Part shown: one piece after another, positions 61,144 to 64,000 of the stretch | Layout of the letters: every line of letters starts with the position of its first letter | Numbering within the stretch: position 1 is the stretch's first letter | Assembly: GCA_044222195.1 (NCBI GenBank) | Contig: JBGANS010000004.1 | Span: 197,669 to 261,668, forward strand | Length of the DNA: 64,000 nucleotides | DNA from: Phycisphaerales bacterium | GTDB lineage: Bacteria > Planctomycetota > Phycisphaerae > Phycisphaerales > UBA1924 | Reading direction: 5' to 3' | Made by a program: the position numbers and the translations under genes | Notes under the pieces: generated by a model | What the model saw: the letters and a program-made list of their open reading frames with translations, nothing else | What the model was told of the DNA's origin: nothing | Databases searched by the model: none

Positions 61144-62666
61144 GAATTGCCGCCAACACACGCTGGATCACCTCGCGCGTTTCGCTGCGGCTCAAGCTTT
61201 CGTTCTGGATGGTGCTCATTTGCCTGGTGCTCGAGTGCACGCTCGCGGTCGTCGTACTGCTCTACCAGCGAGTGGCCACGGATGCGTACCTGGAGGCGCG
61301 CGTCAAGACCCGGATCAACTTCGCCAGCGATGGCATCGCCAAGCACGACCTCCGCGTCACGGATGAAGACCTCGCTCGCATCGCCAGCGAACTGAACCTC
61401 TTCGCCGTCAGCGACCGCTTTCTCATCACGCTCTACCGGTCAGATGGGAGTGTGGTCGCTTCAAACGTGCGCCCCGCCGCGCCGGGAGACCAACTCGCCC
61501 TCGACAAGACTCCGGCCGGATCCGGCACCGTGCTCCTCAGTTCGCCCGTCGCGGAACGATACGGCAGCGCCCGATCCAGCGCCTCTTGGCGCCTCGCCCT
61601 GAAACCCCTGCGCGACTCCGAGGGCCGCGCCTTTCGCCTCCTGGTCGGAAGCAGCGACGCATCGTATGACCAGATGATCGGCCTCACCTATCGGATCGTC
61701 GCGCTCACGGTGATCGCCGGAGTCGCCGCGGCAGGCCTCGCCTCGTGGTTGATCGCGGGCCTGGCCACGGCTCCGCTCCACGAGCTCCGCCGCCTCGCCG
61801 GCTCCCTGTCTCCGGAGGGCATCGACCAGGACATGGTCATCTCCCCCTCCTCGTTGTCCTCCCAGGAACTCGCCGCACTTCGCAAGGAGCTCGAGGTCGC
61901 TCGTGCCCGGCTCCGACAAGCTCTCAACGCTCAAGATCGGTTCATTTCAAGCGTTTCGCACGAGCTCAAGACGCCGATCGCGGTCCTCCTCACCGAAGCC
62001 CAGACGATAGACGCGCGAACACTCCCCGATGAACCCCGCAAGTTCGTCCAGAGCGTGACCGAGGAAATGCGCCGCCTCGGACGAATGGTTGAGAGCTTTC
62101 TCACCCTGACTCGCGTCCGTGGCGGCATGCAGCTGGTCAGCCCGGACCGCTGCTCCATCAATGATGTTGTGATCGAAGCAGTGCAGAGCTCGGGCAAGAT
62201 GGCCCGGCAGTACGGCGTGTCCGTCGTGCCCGCTCTGGCGGATGCCGACGTCAACCCCGTAATCACCGGCGATTCTGAGCTGCTGCGGGTCATGATCGAC
62301 AACCTGATCCACAACGCCGTTCGATTCAGCCGCGAGGGGCAGCGCGTCGAGGTCTCTGTCGTGCCTATCGATGCGACGTGCCAGGTCCGCGTTCGAGACT
62401 TCGGCCCAGGTGTCCCCGAGGACCTCAAGGACCGCCTGTTCGAGCGATTCGTGCAGGCCCCTGGCGAAGCCGCGCGTGGGCGGGGCCATGGCCTGGGGCT
62501 CTCCATCGCGCAGGGAATCGCGGAGCTACACGGCGGTCGCATCGCCGTACACAACATGACCGAAGGCGGCGGGTGCGAGTTCACCGTTTCGCTCCCGGTA
62601 CCGAGCTCGACGGGCATCGCAACGGCGGCGCCGGGTGCCACAGCCGCTCCGACGGCGGCCCGTTGA
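61140..62666 (+). CDS. Sensor histidine kinase (TM - HAMP - HisKA - HATPase_c)
   Basis: The ATGA overlaps the regulator gene. The H-box is FISSVSHELKTPIAV, the N-box is DNLIHNAVRFS, the G1 box is RDFGPGVP, and the G2 box is GHGLGLSIAQGIAELHGG. Confidence 0.9.
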   Translation: MRIAANTRWITSRVSLRLKLSFWMVLICLVLECTLAVVVLLYQRVATDAYLEARVKTRINFASDGIAKHDLRVTDEDLARIASELNLFAVSDRFLITLYRSDGSVVASNVRPAAPGDQLALDKTPAGSGTVLLSSPVAERYGSARSSASWRLALKPLRDSEGRAFRLLVGSSDASYDQMIGLTYRIVALTVIAGVAAAGLASWLIAGLATAPLHELRRLAGSLSPEGIDQDMVISPSSLSSQELAALRKELEVARARLRQALNAQDRFISSVSHELKTPIAVLLTEAQTIDARTLPDEPRKFVQSVTEEMRRLGRMVESFLTLTRVRGGMQLVSPDRCSINDVVIEAVQSSGKMARQYGVSVVPALADADVNPVITGDSELLRVMIDNLIHNAVRFSREGQRVEVSVVPIDATCQVRVRDFGPGVPEDLKDRLFERFVQAPGEAARGRGHGLGLSIAQGIAELHGGRIAVHNMTEGGGCEFTVSLPVPSSTGIATAAPGATAAPTAAR

Positions 62667-62765
62667 ACCCCGGGATGAACCGCGATTCATCTCGCCCGTA
62701 GCCCTCATCTCACGCCTGTGTGGGAATCATCCAGTCATCCGCGACGCTCTTCGCGCGGGTTGAGG

Positions 62766-63029
62766 ATGGCCGCTCTGTTCACAGCCCTCGCCATGCTGTC
62801 TGGCGCGCTCACCGTCGTGTGCGGGTACTTCGCTCTGCACTCGACCGCTCCCGATACGCTCCCCTGGTGCGTCGCCCTGGCCGCGTGCACCTTCGCATGC
62901 GCCATTGCCTGTCTCAAACTGATCAGCGCCCACGCGGCCGCCGCCGTGTTCCGTGCGAAACGTGCCGACCTTCCGACCGGTCGGCGTGCAGCGAACGCCG
63001 ATCCCGATGAGCCTTCATCGCATCATTAA
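62766..63029 (+). CDS. Possible small 2-TM membrane protein
   Basis: From the ATG at 62766 it reads MAALFTALAMLSGALTVVCGYFAL..LPWCVALAACTFACAIACLKLI.. It is downstream of the kinase gene. No family recognised, so coding status is uncertain. Confidence 0.35.
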   Translation: MAALFTALAMLSGALTVVCGYFALHSTAPDTLPWCVALAACTFACAIACLKLISAHAAAAVFRAKRADLPTGRRAANADPDEPSSHH

Positions 63030-63121
63030 GACCTGTTTCACACGTGGTTCACACCCGCGAGGGAACCAGCACGGATATCCATCGACCGGACTTCGACGGG
63101 GTATCTCTGGAGTGAATACAC

Positions 63122-64000
63122 ATGCACACCGCTCGCGTGGCCACAATGTCCTTCATCGTCCTGTGTGCCTCGACGTTTCCCTCGGCAGCGCAGGGCCTCC
63201 CATTCCCTGCGACCACCATCGATCCCGGATTCTCCGGTGACTGCAAGGCGATCGGCGACATAGACGGAGATGGCAAAGGAGATGCGATCGTCGGGGGGAG
63301 CGCGTTGTACTGGTACGAATCCGGAGCCGGATTCGCGCGCCGCACGATCCGCTCCCAAGTCGTGAACAAGGAGTTCACCACCGACATGCAGGCCGCGGAT
63401 GTCGATCATGACGGAGACATCGATCTCGTCCTTGGCGACGGCGGCGGCCCCAACAATGTCCTGTGGTTCGAGAATCCGCGCGTGAACCCCCCGGCCGGTC
63501 ACGGCAGCGATCCTCGGGTCCAGGCCAACTGGACATTCCACGTGATCGGTTCACACGGCCAGACCGTGCACGATGTCGAGGTGGCGGACCTCGATAACGA
63601 CGGACGGCTCGACGTCGTGACCAGCGGGCACGGATTCACCCGGATATGGAAACAGAACTCTCCGACATCCTGGACGCAACGGGATCTCAGCTCTATAGCC
63701 GGGTCGGGGGTTTCGCTCGGCGACATTGATCGGGACGGATTCCGCGACATCGCTACGCCGGCGGGCTGGATCCGCAACCCGCACACGATCTCGACCGGAA
63801 CTTGGACTTTCTTCCCGATCAACCAGGCGACCAGCGGCGATGAGTGCCTCGTCGTCGACCTCAACGGCGACGCGAGGCCCGACATCCTGACCTGCGATGC
63901 TCACAACCGCGGCCCGGTGGTGTGGTTCCAGGCGCCTGCCACGCCCACCAGCGCGGCGTGGACCAAACGTACCATTGATCCTTCCATGGGCGCACACCAT
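63122..64000 (+). CDS. FG-GAP/VCBS-repeat (integrin-alpha-like) secreted protein, N-terminal part (runs off the right edge of the window)
   Basis: Not in the ORF track. The ATG at 63122 follows GGAG. Signal peptide MHTARVATMSFIVLCASTFPSAAQG. It has repeated DxDxDG calcium-type motifs: IGDIDGDGKGDAIVGG, AADVDHDGDIDLVLGD, VADLDNDGRLDVVTSG, LGDIDRDGFRDIA and VVDLNGDARPDILTCD. The frame is open to position 64000. Confidence 0.8.
   Translation, partial: MHTARVATMSFIVLCASTFPSAAQGLPFPATTIDPGFSGDCKAIGDIDGDGKGDAIVGGSALYWYESGAGFARRTIRSQVVNKEFTTDMQAADVDHDGDIDLVLGDGGGPNNVLWFENPRVNPPAGHGSDPRVQANWTFHVIGSHGQTVHDVEVADLDNDGRLDVVTSGHGFTRIWKQNSPTSWTQRDLSSIAGSGVSLGDIDRDGFRDIATPAGWIRNPHTISTGTWTFFPINQATSGDECLVVDLNGDARPDILTCDAHNRGPVVWFQAPATPTSAAWTKRTIDPSMGAHH

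Noticed and set aside
63038-64000. Minus-strand track ORFs 63038..63541 and 63551..64000
   Set aside because: The plus strand from 63122 encodes an uninterrupted FG-GAP/VCBS protein with a signal peptide and five DxDxDG repeats. The minus-strand ORFs are antisense artefacts.
1-64000. CRISPR arrays, IS elements/transposases, prophage genes, rRNA, toxin-antitoxin pairs
   Set aside because: Reading through both strands, I found no regularly spaced direct repeats, no terminal inverted repeats bracketing a transposase-like ORF, no integrase/recombinase motifs and no rRNA-like sequence. Absence is by eye only and should be confirmed with dedicated tools.

Overview
Visibly high-GC chromosomal segment. 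The gene content points to Planctomycetota, possibly Phycisphaerae-like. This is inferred from three prepilin-type DUF1559 proteins with H-X9-DG-like tails, two PEP-CTERM-like sorting tails, a Cys-rich dockerin-like module ending in GCP, and a reduced dcw cluster.

I support about 55 protein-coding genes and one tRNA (Val-CAC). There are also three reasonably clear and one weak intrinsic terminators, a few tandem repeats, and some candidate regulatory elements. I saw no rRNA, CRISPR array, transposase, integrase, phage genes or recognisable defence genes.

Recognisable housekeeping genes:
- Translation, isoprenoid and tRNA-related: fusA (partial, at the left edge), rlmN, ispH, valS.
- Cell division and envelope: rsmH, ftsL, ftsI, sppA, an skp-like gene.
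- Metabolism: prpD, prpB, cobB, thpR, a solA-like gene, a UXS gene.
- A ribose-type sugar ABC operon, many peptidases (M20, M28, M29, MA-like, S49), and an OmpR/HisKA two-component pair.

Two real genes at the window edges are missing from the ORF track because they run off the window: fusA (1-466, minus strand) and an FG-GAP/VCBS protein (63122-64000, plus strand). Many long track ORFs are antisense or out-of-frame artefacts of high GC. Several others are over-extended at the 5' end, and I give corrected starts.

Most interesting leads, none of them proven:
1. A conserved, structured leader of about 85 nt, with compensatory changes, lies upstream of two tandem PEP-CTERM-type genes.
2. A tight four-gene cassette (24991-28314) holds two paralogous 2-TM proteins with a C-terminal CPxC..CPECG zinc ribbon. 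They flank a GNAT and are followed by a GT-C-like membrane protein. The same zinc-ribbon tail is fused to a third membrane protein at 4384-5226.
3. An ~850-aa (851-codon) membrane protein is tightly linked to an ABC ATPase that has no permease.
4. A four-gene dcw remnant contains an inserted LysM gene.
5. A large secreted protein ends in a nearly perfectly duplicated 90-bp dockerin-like module.

I cannot say from sequence alone that any of these is a new system. All functional calls rest on motif recognition by eye, not on searches.
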